Below are positions 12,801-27,800 of a stretch of 64,000 bases of DNA, piece by piece. The notes below the pieces were generated by a model. That model was not told the DNA's origin. It made no database searches and saw nothing but the letters and a program-made list of their open reading frames with translations. Positions within the stretch are counted from its first letter, which is position 1. The number at the start of each line of letters is the position of its first letter. Position numbers and translations under genes: made by a program. The stretch is from Fimbriosthenelais zetlandica (lineage: Eukaryota): assembly GCA_977030845.1 (NCBI GenBank), contig OZ365113.1, positions 13,516,001 through 13,580,000 on the forward strand, read 5' to 3'.

Positions 12801-15800
12801 ATTTATGGGTAAGAGTAGCACAATTATTTGTAAGTCACAAATGAGCGGGCCATTAAACATGAATATATGATAATGTAGAGACAGTAATGTATGTATGTAT
12901 GGGCGAGGTGGGGGGTTTGGGGTAGACTGGTAGATTGTACCCACAATACCCACATCCAGCTTGAAGCCTGTGTGTGGTTTAGTGGTAACCAAATGAACTG
13001 CCTGAGCCTGGGGTCAACTGTAGAGAGTCCGACCACAAGGGGTCAGTGTCAACAGGGATGCCCTTCCGGAGTAGAGTACCGCTCCCCACAGATGTGGCAA
13101 CAACTTACACTCAAGCTTGTTACCACCCTCAAGATATTTAGTTTTTTAATTTTTTTTTAAGACACAGTAGCAGCTTGAGGTCGGAGATCAATCTTCAAAT
13201 ATACCACAACACAGGTCTGACTGTTATTCTTTGGATGAGTTAAGGAGGGTGGTAAGGACCGAGGGCATTTTCACAGACGTAATTATATACAATAAGTTCA
13301 CTGACCCCTAACTTAATCCCCCTAATGCAATCCTCATTACCAGAGAAGTAAATCTGCATAGGCAGGTTTTTGGGATCTCATTTTATATATTTAAAAAATA
13401 TATATGCCATAATATGAATTTTTCTAATGCGGGGAAAGATTAGACCAAGAAGAAAAAGGCTCGTTCTTCTAAACGTGTCTCTTGCCTTAAGTGGGTTCAA
13501 TTTTTATTAGTGCCATGCACCGGGGATTTATGTTCCCTCTTCTCTGTAACCTCATAATTGATTGAACATATTTCAAGGATCAAGAGTTTCACTTTATTCC
13601 AGAGTGCAAGCACTTGGTGAGAAAAACCATTTACGTCCCATTGCACTCAATGAGACTTCCCCTCTTTTTTTTTTTACAAGGAATAAAGAGGGATCATGTA
13701 CGGCTGGTAAAGCTAGCATAAAGTATATGACTTACACCCCGAGTTAAAGACATGATAGGTGCATGATCTAGGCCCTACATTACCAGGCACTGAAAACCGA
13801 AATATCTCACTGTAACATAGAGAAAATAACATCTGGGGCAATGTCATACTTTTCCCTTATATCTCTGTGATGAATATGATAACCAGTGCTAGGAAAATAG
13901 ATTTTAATCTAAGTTTTCCAACATTTTTAGGAACTTTGTTGCAGAATGGCATGTTGCCTTTTGATGTTGACACGACAATGGAGAAATTTGATTTATAAAA
14001 TTAAAAATACCCAGTCTGAAAATCAGAATAACTTATCACACTTACATTTGCAAGTCACATTGTTGGGCATGTATTCTTTGATGGCAATAAAAGGAGCGAG
14101 GGAACAAAATGAGGTGTCGAGGGTCCTGACCTCCCCAGTTCTCAACAAATTGTCCATTTCCGGGCGACTATTGGGCGCTAACTTTACATCCTTTCTCTCT
14201 GTTTGTTGCCAGTATAGATGTGTATGTAGACACACATAAAAGGGAGATCCTCTCAGACAGGTGGTGGTCTCACCCCCACTACCCACCCCATCCACCACCC
14301 CTATCTCCCCCACTAACTCACCTTCAAACAAAAAGACAGACCAAACCACAGTCCTCAACCCCGAACCTTCCTCTAAGTGGAACCACAGAGAAATTTAAAA
14401 TCTATTTTGTGGAGAGTTAACGTGCAGCAGGTCGTGCACCTTTCTTCTCAGGATGTTGCACCGTCTTTCAGTACACGTAATACACATGGCAATACAGCTA
14501 GAGGTCCCTGAGGTCACGCTCCCACAGACCATTTAGTCTTAAACTAAAGTACATGAGTACATGTATAGGGCTTTCCCCGCTAGTAAAGAGGTTAACGCAA
14601 CTAAGTAATGATGAGTAAACCATACATACATACATACATACATACATACGCCCTATAGATTAATCAGGGGTCGTAGACTTAGAGGAAACCAAAATTCCAG
14701 GAGTTTTCAAGTAATTTTCTGGGATAGAATTTGATTTTTCAAGGTCTAAAATTTGGCACATAATAGATTTTTCTCTATGGGCCCAAAATTTATCCACAGA
14801 CGATGAAAATGACTAATCTTTGCGTTTGATATCTTATATAGGCATAGGAGAGGCGTGTCTATAATTAACCAGAGCATTCCAGGAGTCTTGATTGCTTTTG
14901 CACTAATGGTAATTTACAGTATGTAAAAATTCACTTCTGATTTTCCAGGAATTTCTAGGAGTTTCCAGGAGCCTGCGAACCCTGTTAATCAAGATGTGGC
15001 GTATTTTTCTTTCGAATTCCCAATTAACGAAACAACCATGTAAATTGATAAAATGTGCTAAAATTATTTCTGACGTTGGTCGTGGGTCTAGTCACGTTCA
15101 GGTCAAACAGATCCCAAAGGACTTGTCAAGCAGTACCATTCATTATACTGTTCTCATAGCACCTGTTTAATGTGATAAACCATGGGAACAGCAGGCAAGC
15201 ACTCGCCTCCACACCTCAACCCTCACAGTGTGTGGGGGTGAGGATCACAGGGTTTAAGGATGGTCAGTTGAATGTGGGCTGAGGGTGGAAGTGTAACACT
15301 GACATTAGATCACATATGAGGCGTGCCTATATGAACGCTCCTCATTCACATTATTTCCCATTCATGTATATTTGCGCGGTTGTAGGAAGAGCAGGGTAAT
15401 AATTTTAGCTGGTTATTATTGGGGGTGTTCAGGGACCGTGATTTATTCAATGTCCATGGTTTGAACAGGATCATTAAATATATATATGGAATCCATCGCC
15501 TTTCTGAACTGGAGTCCATGTATTTATGTAATGGGAACTTTTTCATCAAGTGACAGCATGAATTAGGTGTTGGGAATTCCAGTAACTCCCGCTTTTCCCA
15601 GGCTCAGATTAAAACGCGCGGGGAAAAAAGGCGGGTCAGACGCTCGACAATGTATGTGTCTAGATGATAAGAGATTCTGACATGAGACTGATATATAATT
15701 GCTATTGTATACAGTTTCCAAAGTGTGTCTGGCTGGGGAAGTAGCGTCTGGCAGTAAGTCCTAGACAACAGCATTTAAATATCAAAATCGTATATTTGAT

Positions 15801-18800
15801 TCGGGTTGTAATTCGGCAGGTTGGGAGGCACTAATCAGTAAAATAGACGGTTAGTTAGAATTGATTGTCGGATATAAGTGGGTGTCCTGGTGCCGGAGAC
15901 GCCCAACAATCATGGTGGTCACTTTAATGTCTTGGTTCATAGACATGCCTCAGACAGATTCTCATTATATCCTTCATATCTACACATTCACAGATTAAAT
16001 ATTCATATTTTCATACGAAACAAGAACATGCATTCATTTAGATCTTTTCTATTTTTGGAGTTCATTCAAGATATAAGGAGGGCACTATTTTTTTCTCCCC
16101 ATTTTCAATGATGTTAGATTACTCACTTTCTCTGTAATGCTTGGTGGTGTAGCTGGGAATGGCCATTAGAGATGACATGTTGTTGCTTGATGATTGCTGT
16201 TGTTGTTGCTGCTGCCCCTTTTGTGGGGGAGGTGGGGGTGGTGGAGCTCCCATGATTGAGGGGAGTGGTGCGGGTGGTGGCATTCCCCGTTGATGTGGCG
16301 GTGGCCCTCCAATATGAGGTGGACCACCATAGATGGAAGAACTGCCCTCACCTCCTGAAAGATCAATTAATATAGTCAAATCTCGGGGAATGAGTCTACA
16401 AGAAACAGACTACGATATAAACAGTATGAAATCATGCTCAGAAACGTTTTCAATTTAATGAAAAATGCTTATAACTCAAGGGCTACATTTATCAATTGCA
16501 CATAACACACATTTACATGGATCTTGAATGCTCAGTTGCCGAGATAAAACAACAGAGACAAAGCGTCTAGAGAAATGCAATTAAGGCCAATCACTACACA
16601 TTTACATCTGTGCAACTATGATATTTTACATGCCGCGCCATAATTGTCAGGAAGAAGAGCTTGCGTTCATAATAGTACTGTTTTCTTTCATAGCCATATT
16701 TATATCAGTAAGACCATTCTTGTCACAAACTATTAGAGGATAACACGTTAATTGGTCTCCATGATTTAAGCTAATTAAGACTTGATGAGACAAGGGGAGT
16801 CAGTAAGACTCTCCAGTCATCATTAAGTCAATTGAGTAATTAGTATCCATTGTCCTTGGGTCTCTATGGGATGCTTTAGCTTGGCACAACTGGTATGTTT
16901 CTTGCCGCACGACCTGTAGCAATTGTCATGATCTCGAGTGATCAAAGATTGCAGCGAGTTAATGAGCAATTATACACTGGGATAATTAGACACTTCACAT
17001 CTGTCATCCATGACAAATTGAAAATCTGCTGTTCCAAATCTACCCCACAAAAGGTAATAATCAGACAGCTTTCCACCACTGGCCTCTGTGATTTACATTA
17101 GAATTCTTCCTCATTGTGTCTATCTCTCACCCTGTGCATTTCTTTTCTGTCCGGCCATTTCACTGTCCAGTCAAAGTGCTTCGGATGCAATTATCAAATC
17201 CCATTGATAATGATACATTTGAATAATCAGGCAATAAATGTTTTTATTCCTCCCCTGTCGTCCAGTGATTAGATCCCATTAAAATGGAAGGGCATTCCTC
17301 AGGTAGTTAAGGAGTTGGCTTTAAGGGGGTGCAAATACTGGCTGCCAGACGTGGCGCGTTAATACTGGGGGGAGAGCGGTTTATGACTTGGACTGGGGGT
17401 ATACACCAGTTGTCATTAATATCTGAGTCTCATTTAGGTAAGTGACAGGTGCACAAGGTAATCACCTGTAAATACCTTGACAATGTGAACCACACACAAG
17501 GATCAAACGCCAGGCCCGACTAATCACTGCAATAAGGGATAACACCATCACTCATCCCAATTACTCTCTATAAATCTGGGCCTGCATGCCACTAGTCTCT
17601 AAGCTATGTGCATAAATACTTCTTATTTTTATTTCCTCCTCTGTTGTCTGGGAAAATGGAAAACATCATTTGTGTTTCGTCAACTCATATCACAACCAAT
17701 ACCATGACCTAAATACCCTGTACACCACTTTTTTAAACCACAGCTCAGATTGCTTGATGAAACTTGATATGGCGAATTTAGACTTGTAAATCAGGGATAT
17801 GTCAAACATCTGAAAGTTTTAGAGATAATTCCTAACAATATTATCTCCAGGGGCTGATTAGAAGGAGGAACGTCGTAGGAGAGGCAGACATGTATGGGCT
17901 CATAGACAAACGAAAGATAGACAGAGGAGAAACGCCCACCAATATAAGGTGAGAGAGGGGCCTATATATATTAAAGAATGAGCCCCTACCACTTCACCTC
18001 ATGGTCTCTGTGATTGCATGACAGAGACCATGACCATGATCAGGCCATGGTCGGCTGGTCATCCATTGTTATCTACAGACAGAGGTCAGACACTAATTAC
18101 AGCCTTGACCAGCTTTTCCTTCACTCCACTTCCCTCCACAATTAAACCCTCCACCTTTTACTACCCCAATCGTAATGCTTCCTCTCACCAGCCTTTCAGA
18201 CGTAAGGCTTTGTGCCATTTTATTACCATCAACTACGAAACTTCTTGGCCTCAGCTGTAATTGTAAGAGACTGATCATTACACCATAATGGCTTTGAATC
18301 GATGGCCTCAGGGCTCGTTCACTTATCTGTCAAACGCATCCGACAAATCCCATTAGGATTGGAAGATTTTTTGTGCATTTATACAGGTTTTAGGATGGGG
18401 ATGTCACGCCATTCTTACGCCAGCTTTAAATTTTAATGTATGAATAGAGAACGGCAAGAAAAAGGTGCAACCACTTTATTTTATGAGGTTTACCTTCTTG
18501 ATAAAGCCAGAATAAAGGCTGATCATGATAATTCACACGAGATATAAATGTGATACTGTGATCTGGCTCAATACTTTCAAACCATAGACAGATCAGGTAT
18601 TAAATATGCTCTAAATACTTCTTTATGTTTAGTGTGCTATTTTTTATCCAGAAAGTCCACCATCGATGGGAAACATAATATATAATGTTGATGTTGACAG
18701 TTGTTTTGATGTTTTGGTATTTGCAGACCATGCACGGTATCAATGTAAGTGTAGTTTGGTATCAATTTAACAGTTGAAAATGATTAATCCCGATTCCATA

Positions 18801-21800
18801 CAACAATCGTCAATAAACAATAATCCAAATACTTCACAATATCAACAAATAAAATTAATTTAAAAAATCAGTCCATACAAGATTGACAGTTAGAATAGCA
18901 ACTATTCAAAATCTAGTCTTATTTTAGGAAATAATAAGAACCAGCAAACAAGAAAAATGAAGCTGATCAAATAATACAAGCAGGGAGTTAAGAGAAACCG
19001 AAAATCCAACACATGTGTAAATGCTAATAGAACCATACAGCGGAACGCGATTATTTTACAAAGTGAATTCTTAGGGGTAACATTCATTGACACTAGCCAC
19101 CAGTTAAAAGATCTCAATGTTCCTTGTTAAATAATATGCATACAAGAATTCAAGTCTGCGGATTATAGATGAGCAAGCCCAAAGTCACAAATAAAGCAAA
19201 AAGAACGAGTCAGGCAGGAAAACCACGATACAAAACAGGAGTCAGGCTGATTTCTCATTTTGAGTGTGAAGTTTCAAAATGCACCAAAAAAGAATAGAGA
19301 ATAGAGTACAAGAGTATAGAGCAGATAAGGTGGGAGCACAACACTGAGGATGGACTCACCATTGTGTGTGCCTGGGGGTGGGGGCGGGGGTGCTATGGAC
19401 GGGGGTGGAGGGGGCGGAGGAGATGAAGACGTGTTGCTGGTTCCCAGACCACAGCCAGTTGCAGTCAATCGCCGGCGTTCTGTAGCAGTGTAAATGAAAC
19501 ACACAACACACTTTAAACAATGAAAACCAATCTAAAAATCACACCATGATTTGGTTTGCAAAATCATGTATTAGACTGGGTTATGCAAACCTAAAACAAT
19601 ATGTAAACCTTCCTTCCCATGATTCCCCTCATCATTCTATGAATATATCTTTGAGGAGAATATTGTTGGGGATGGTAGAGTGCCATCCTATTGAAGGGTG
19701 GGTGGGGGTGCTGTGCATATACATGTAGTCAGAGTGTGGGAACCGGGACGACACATGGCACAGGAAATGATAACACTCACAGAGGGCGACACAAGCTAGA
19801 CACGCGTTCCTGCATAGAGCAACTGGTCAGACAGTAGAATCTAAAACTCATTTCCTCATCCTCAAACTCATATTATTGCATATTGTATTATATCTACTTT
19901 TTCATATAAGTCTTTTAAAAATCTGGGGAACGGTTATATAAATGTTATGACAGAGTATTTGATATGGTGTCAACACTCAAGTGAGTTCCTTATTTCCACT
20001 AAAATGTCGACATGAAATAGTACAATACATGTATATCAATACCAATTCCTAGTCCAAACAGAGGCTTTCTATAAACACGGTTCCCACTGAAATCTAATTA
20101 CTTTTCTCAGTCTAATTTAAGTACTTCTTCAAGGACTCTTGATAGTAAACCCAAATGCTTGCCTAATCGAAGTACATGTACATAATCATAATCCTATGTA
20201 TACAATATAATACATACATGTACATTGCTTCATTTCCACATGTCCAATTAAGAACAAAAATTCAGATCTATGAAGATGGTTAAAAAATGATCAGTAATGA
20301 CTTTTAATGATTTAAAACAAAATTTAATGATTTTTAAGGGCCTTAACAATATTTTCATTTTTAATGACTCGTAGGAACTCTGTATAGAGGTTAGAGATCT
20401 GAAGAACCTCCAGTCAGTGACCCCCCACCTCATATCACTTGGGATGCAGTTTTTCCCCATTCCGCTGTTGAGGCACGGCATGGTTTCAGTCATAACAATC
20501 CGGCCTGTGTTTTGCCCCGGCTGTACAGCAGGGAATGATAAATGGTCAGGTATTAGGACCGTGGTGAATGAGCAGAGCGGGGGAGGAGGGCCTCACACTA
20601 TAAACAGCTATCCCGACAGTCAACACCTACCATGGCATCACTGGGACAGCCCAGTAGTTAAAGTGTCAAAAGACAGCAGGTAAACAACAACAAAAAAATA
20701 CCCGATTTTTTATAACGAATAAGAAACAAGTTCATATTGACTATCTTTACTGTTGGGTATTTTTATTTACATGTACCCAAAACAGCGAAAGTTTAGTCAT
20801 GGTTGTTTGGAATGCTCTGTAGGGGTTTTTCAGGGGCCAGCAGGAATGTATGAAGAATGTCCCTACGTCACTAACTAATAATAATGAGTGCTGATTATAA
20901 AGTTGTTCATGATTTTAACAATTACGGTGTCAACTGCTAATATATGTTTATAAAATGGACTTCCTATTTGTTGCCTGGTATTTCCGTTTGGAAATACCAA
21001 TATGGAAGAAAGGATGAATACCAAGGTAACCGGCTCCGAAGGCGCTAAAGGACAGTCATGGTTACCATTTGCATGGTTGTTTTTGTCATTAACAATATAG
21101 CAGGAGGTGCAGAGGCACTCGGAGAATCTTAGTCAATTCAATCTATGATAGAAGGAAATGGGAAAGACCCACTAGAAACAGACCCGAAAACCTTGCTAAT
21201 GACTTAAATGTCATCGGAGATTTCCATGATGAGAACATTAAACACAGCCAACCTATAGGCTAGGGGAGGAGCTTATTGCATTAGGGCTGGGGGTTTCCAC
21301 CCTTTCACCAAAATGTATTTTCTAAATTTCATTATTTTACAAACCTTTTGATCTCTCATCATCCTCTGAGCTTTCATCAGCAGCATCCACGCCAAACTCG
21401 CGCCTTAACCGCTCTGTGATGCTTAACGTTTGTTCTCGTATACGTTCTACGGATGTCGCTGCGGTATTCCATCGACTGTCAGCTTCGTCATCCTCACTAA
21501 GTGGACGCCCACCTGGAGGAGAAAGGACAGCCCTCATTAATGAAATACCTGCCGAAATGTGTCAAAATTTCCCCCAAATTCATCCCAATTTATTATGCAA
21601 GTAATCTTTCATGCTGATTAATGTCCATTTATATGATTTTCTATATGGCGCATGCTTTTACCTGAAACTTCATATCGGATAACATCAATACAGTCAGAGA
21701 ATCTAAAGGTTTGCCTTTCATTATGGTTTCTTCGCCAGCCAAAATGATGTCATACATGATGCAGACAGGGTAAAAAGCCGGCGTGTTTATAGGCCTGATA

Positions 21801-24800
21801 ATGTCCTAATAATGACATTATTATGTCATGTCCAGGGAATGACTCAGAAAACCTCCAGCCTCGACAAAAAATACCCTAATGCAATTGATTGCAAATCTCA
21901 GCGTTATTTGTATGTTGGAAAGACATTCTGTGAGGACCAGATTCTCTTCCATAATGTCTAATAGGGTCGTGCCCGCCCGGTGACTCACCGCAAGGCTCGG
22001 GTATATGTTGTATTAGTCTACAGCCTTAAGACACCTGGTATTCAATGAGGGGCACAAACCTAGGGTGCTGGTAGGCAAGAGGGCAGGGGTCAAGGTCGTA
22101 CATCATCACATATTACTGACCAACATGTGAGGGAAGGAGAGAGGCAGAGGTACTTAATAGAGTCATGATTTGTTAAGTGCTCCACACAGCTGATGTGGCC
22201 AAGTACTGAACACGGACTTTTTTAACGGTTTGTGTGATCAGACGTCAGACTGCATGAGAGAATTGTACTTAAAAGAGCCAGATTTACTTTTTCTAGGACC
22301 AGTATTTTATTGGGAAGGTTCATTCATAAGCCTAAGGGCTTGTCCCAGTAGGGTATAAAAGATAGAAGATCATGTGGCCTGCTTCCCTGCACACATGCAA
22401 TGCTCCATTAGGGTATCATCAAAATTTATTAAACCTAAAATCATGCATTTATACCAACTCAGCTGATTTCTGACCTGCTCTCATAGATCTCTATCTCAGC
22501 AGGCTGATAATGAGATAATACAATCTGCCAATGAGCCACACGCAGAAACCTATTGTGTGAATTACTATGCAATTTTTTAATATATTACACACTAGCTTCT
22601 AAAGGAAATGTCATTCTGTATGTGGATAGCTAGCGGTATAGTATGGTTGACCCTCGCCAAACTTTTAAGTACTTGGTGGGCCAACGAGCTTCCTGACCAT
22701 TTCATTTGCCAGCCAATGTAAAACACCCATCATTGCAGAATGATGCACCCAACAAATCCATCACTACCAATTAGAAGATACAGTTTTAATCCAAGCAATC
22801 AGATTTCACTGTCTCTTTTATGAGTTTTAATTGGCCTGCTAGGCCAGCCAGGCTTCTGATTAGATCAACTAGCCCTAAACTTCCGGGAGCATGCTATTCA
22901 CAGATTATCAACTTTTTCCGAACGCCCGACCCACTGGAGCAGTCAGCGAGCCATGCATGCAAAACTCCAATTGCAAAAGCTTGTAACAGGAATTACCTCC
23001 GCCCACTCTCTACTAGCATTCTCGATGTGGACCGTGCATTTCCGACAAGTGATGTAACAAACGGGTGTGATGATCTGTCACAATTTTTCTCACACCACGC
23101 CCTGGAATCGATCCAATAGGTCAAGGGTCTCAATAACTAGGGCCTATAGACTCCACTTAACTCTCCCCCCTTCAATCAATCTCCCATAAACCAGCTATAT
23201 TAGTTTTTCTCAGCTATATATTTGCATAATAATGATTCCTTGGGTATGAGTAAGATCTCCATGAGCAAGCAGTGGTTAGCAGTGGATTTATGGCACTTAG
23301 TCATACTAGGTGGGAAGCGGTGAGGACAAACGCCCAGCTTTGACCAGCGGTCAACCACCCCTTGCGTGCTTCCCTAACACTAGGCTACCAACATTATAAA
23401 TGCCAATTCTGGCAAGAGAGAGGGTCGATCCAATTACATCCTGCATGTACTTATTACATAATAATGTTAATAATCACCAGGACCATAGTGAGCACATATT
23501 TCTTTCTCTATATAATTATATCAGTCAGCAGAACTATTCTTCAACCAAGACGTATGTTATTTGGCAAGTAAAGTGGAGATAAAAAGTCAGTGTAGACAGA
23601 TCAATACATCATTAAAGGTGACCAGTCAAAGGGCCACACACATCCATCCACCTTTTACTCATATTCAAGCTTCATCAAGTCCAATCAAATATCTATGAAT
23701 AAATTATCAGAGACCCATCGATTGGTTTCTATACTTAGACAAGCTTGGCTCCGACCAGCCATCTTAAAATCGTTGGCTATAACGAGCTGGCATCACCAAA
23801 ACGACGCTGTCTGAACTTCTTTATATTGCCTTCTTCCACGGCAATGGGTGCCGGGATACGTGAGGGCAGGTCTGTAATGGGCAGGCAATTGGCATGGAGC
23901 ATGTACATTGTGTAAGGAGTTGTAAGTGGTCCTACTAAGGCTACATTGATGGCATATTGCCTGATTGCATGTAGCCTGTCATCAGGTGTAGGGTGAACTC
24001 TCAATGACCACAAAACCTGCCCGGCCCGACCTACCTGCCTCCATCATTCATACTGTCTGCCTGTCAGCCTGTCTGGTGAAACTATTGATCGTAGCGGGGG
24101 CTAAAATGAAAGACAAGGTGGGCAGGCTTTCTTCTTTGAAGTAACCTCAGTGGGCCATACTATCTAATAGACAACTCCTGTCTGAGGGCTAGGTTGGCCC
24201 TGCTCCAAATTCTAATCTCTATTAGACTTATTAGAACCAGATGCAAGACTGAAAATTGTTTTTTAAATGAAATATGATACGGGTTATATGTCGGATCAGC
24301 TAATGGTACCAGGGTACCTTGGTTCATAATTGTTACTTGTAGCTAAGAAAAAGAAAAAAAGAAGAACTTTTGCAAGAGAAAATCTTGTTAAGTGGTTGTC
24401 TATTCTTAGAATAGAAGTTACCTGGCAGGATCTCGACATCACTAGGCTCTATCCCCCAGGCACACCCCTCCCACGACACCCCATCCTTCTTCCCTGAACT
24501 GGGTCAATTCCTTGGTGCCAGACAGAGAGGGGGAAATGATCGCCTCCTTCACACCAGGGGTAACAAAAATGTAATCTCTCCTTTATTCAGGCTATATAGG
24601 CAGAACAGACTTATTCATGATTCCCTTTCGTTTCTGCATAATATCAACCCAGACAAGATTTTCAATCTAGCAGTTTCTATTCAAAGGGCAAAAATAAACA
24701 TTAAATCAATTTTAAATTGCAATTCAGAGAGTACGGAAGCTACCGTATTCGGGTAAAAATTTACGAGGGCGGAAAGATAATCTTGATTTGCTTTATCTCT

Positions 24801-27800
24801 TTGATTGGGTCAAATTTAATACTTATCAATGCTTCCCATTTCAAACTGGCCTGGGAGTGATACCCATCAACAATTTTTCCACTAATTAACGTCCTATGCC
24901 CTGAGCCAGGTCCTCGGCGTTATTATTAGCGATGTGAATGGTTAAAAAATGCCTGGAAAATGCACTCTCTCTGCCCCCACTATCTCAACATCGTACTGAG
25001 GGATTCAGCCCATAAAGGGTTCAAGGCAAACCTAAACATGATCAGGTACCCTGCTGGGTGAGGGCATCCCTTCATTACATGGGCAAAACACTATCAACAA
25101 TTGTTCCTCTATCAAGCTACAAATCCGTAAGGATTTGAATTCCCATCAAACCTTAAGGAGTCCACGAGATAAAAAAATAGGATAAATCTAAATCATAAAA
25201 TTATTATTGGGGAAATCATGAAAGGACGTCTAATGGGTAGGAAATCTTCCTTTTTCGATAAAAGAGTATTATAATTTATATCGGTGTTTTAAAAAGAGTA
25301 TTTTCATGAGAATTCTGAAGACGTTGGTTCCACCTCTGCCTCAAGTAGCAGGCGCCGGTTATCCAGCCGCCTTGTCCCATGTTAATTGCCCCAATACCTG
25401 GCCCCATGGATAATTCACAGATAGCCCAAGGCAAATCTTGTCAACTAATGGATTACAACATTCTGTGGGTGGAAAGGCAGATGCTGCAGGGATCGATTGA
25501 AAGTGGGCTAGACAAGTCCAACTAGATCATTCATGTTTACTGTCGCACTTTTTACTCATATATTATGGCTGGCTTATTATCTCCCGGGAAATATAATCAT
25601 TCCAAAATGGCATCAACATTCCAAACTTAATATTCTCATAATATTTTGATCAATTAAAAGATTAACTAAAAATAATTGAATATAATAAATGTTGTGAAGA
25701 TTTTGGTCTAGAAATACCAAAACCTTGCAAAAATAGTTTGTTGGAAAATGATGTTATTACCTTGTTGATGTTGCCTTTCTCTGGCCCCCGGGTATGTCTC
25801 AAAAAGCGGTAGTGGTGCCAGTGTTGGGGGAGAGTCGTTCTGTTCACGGGCTGGGGCTTGGTTGTAGGTTCGTGGATCACGTTTATTAGATGAAGATATA
25901 ACTGGTGAAGGGGAAGTGGCGCTAGAACTGGAGCTTGAGCTGGTTGATGAAGCTGATGATGATGAAGATGATGATGAAGGGTGTGCTGGAGCTACATCCC
26001 GACCTTTTTGTTTCATTCGCTTTCGATACTCCAGGAGTGAAACCTGTAAGTTCAGAAACACGGAAAGATCTTAGATTAATGTCATCTTGTTCTTGCAGAA
26101 ATAAATTGGCTAATAGAACCTATTCATAAATGGCTTAACTTGAAGCTATTATAGATTTGAAAGGGTACATTAACATAATTTATTGTGGGTTTTTTCTGTA
26201 GAAGAGCGAGCTTACTCTTTTCTTCGTGGGAGTTGGTTGTAGTGTAGGGATGAGTGATGTGCTTGATGAAGGTGCTGTGCCTGTGGGTGAGATGCAGGGT
26301 GATGTACTGACAGTGAAGGAGGGGCACGATGAAGATGATGATGATGAAGATGATGATGTTGAATGTAGATTGGTGGACAACCCAGCAGATGGAAGCACCG
26401 GTGATGACGAGGATGAAGAGATACTGCCATTCGCCGACCCACTCGTCATGGGCAACTCGTACAGCTGTCGCTCCATGGCTGCTGCACTGTGACTCAGTAA
26501 TGAGTTGCCCCCTTGAGTTGTGACAGTGGCAGACTGAGCTTCCCCATCCGATGGCGAGACACTATTATCTCTTGAGCTGAAATAAGCACCATTCCCAAAG
26601 TTACTAGTACTGGGCGAGGGTTCCTCAGCTTTCTGTTCTACTGACATACTTCGCATACTTTCGCACACATTTTGCGGAGTCGCTGACGAACTAGAGACAT
26701 CACCGACAGCTGACTCGCTTAGTTTACTTTGTGATGGTACTGGTAAATCAGAATCAACAACCCCGGATGTTGAGTCGATGGCTTCTTCATTAAATCGGCT
26801 TGAAGCAGAGTGTGTGTGAGATGGAGGGCTTTCTGTTGTTGTAGCACTGTGTGGCTCCTGTCGGGTAGAGGCATCACTGTCAGAGTTGTTGTGTAAGGGT
26901 GTTGCTGTATCAGGCAGAGCCCGTGAACTGGCTGTTGCTGTATCAGGCAGAGCCCGTGAACTGGCTGTTGCTGTATCAGGCAGAGCCCGTGAACTGGCTG
27001 TTGCTGTATCAGGCAGAGCCCGTGAACTGACTGTTGCTGTATCAGGCAGAGCCCGTGAACTGGCTGTTGCTGTATCAGGCAGAGCCCGTGAACTGGCTGT
27101 TGCTGTATCAGGCAGAGCCCGTGAACTGGCTGTTGCTGTATCAGGCAGAGCCCGTGAACTGGCCTGTTTACCAGTACTGACAACATGACACTGGTTGCCA
27201 TATACAGGCTCGCCGTCAGAAGACTGATCAGGCAGATCCACCTCCATATTCTCCTCCATGCGGTCCTCCTTTGATGACGATACCTCCGCGCCTACAGGCT
27301 GGAGGTCGGAGCCCACAGAGGCCTCCATGGAGGTGACCTCCTCTTCTTCCTCAGTGTCGCCTATACACTCACCCTCTTCTAACTCGTAATTGTCAGCAGT
27401 CACACCAGCTGTTGATGTGGAAGCCTCAGCTTCTTGTGTCAACGTACACACTGGAGCATCAGAGCTACACGAGACCAGAGTCTCCACAACAGAGTCCCTT
27501 TCTTCTGCTTGATGGGTACAAGGTTGTATACCTCTTGACTCTGCGCCGCCTTTATTTGAGCTGTCCGCACTATCTCCTACAGTCACCGATTCCAATGAAA
27601 CCTGCTCATTGTTGCCACTCTGTGACATGACCGGCCCTTCCTCTACAAGCGAACTCACCTCCCCCTCCCCACTCTTACCCACAGCCCCATTAGAAGACAT
27701 GGGACATTGATCCTGACTGCTATAATCGTCAGGTATTTGTCTATTGTTAACATTGTCTTCACATTGCAAGGATGCCGTTAGAGCATCACTCTGTGTTGGC

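Noticed and set aside
26212-27630. Overlapping ORFs on both strands (26212..26442, 26226..26492, 26329..26523, 26719..27201, 26886..27188, 27412..27630)
   Set aside because: Shadow frames of the large exon, kept open by low-complexity sequence and the 33-bp repeat.
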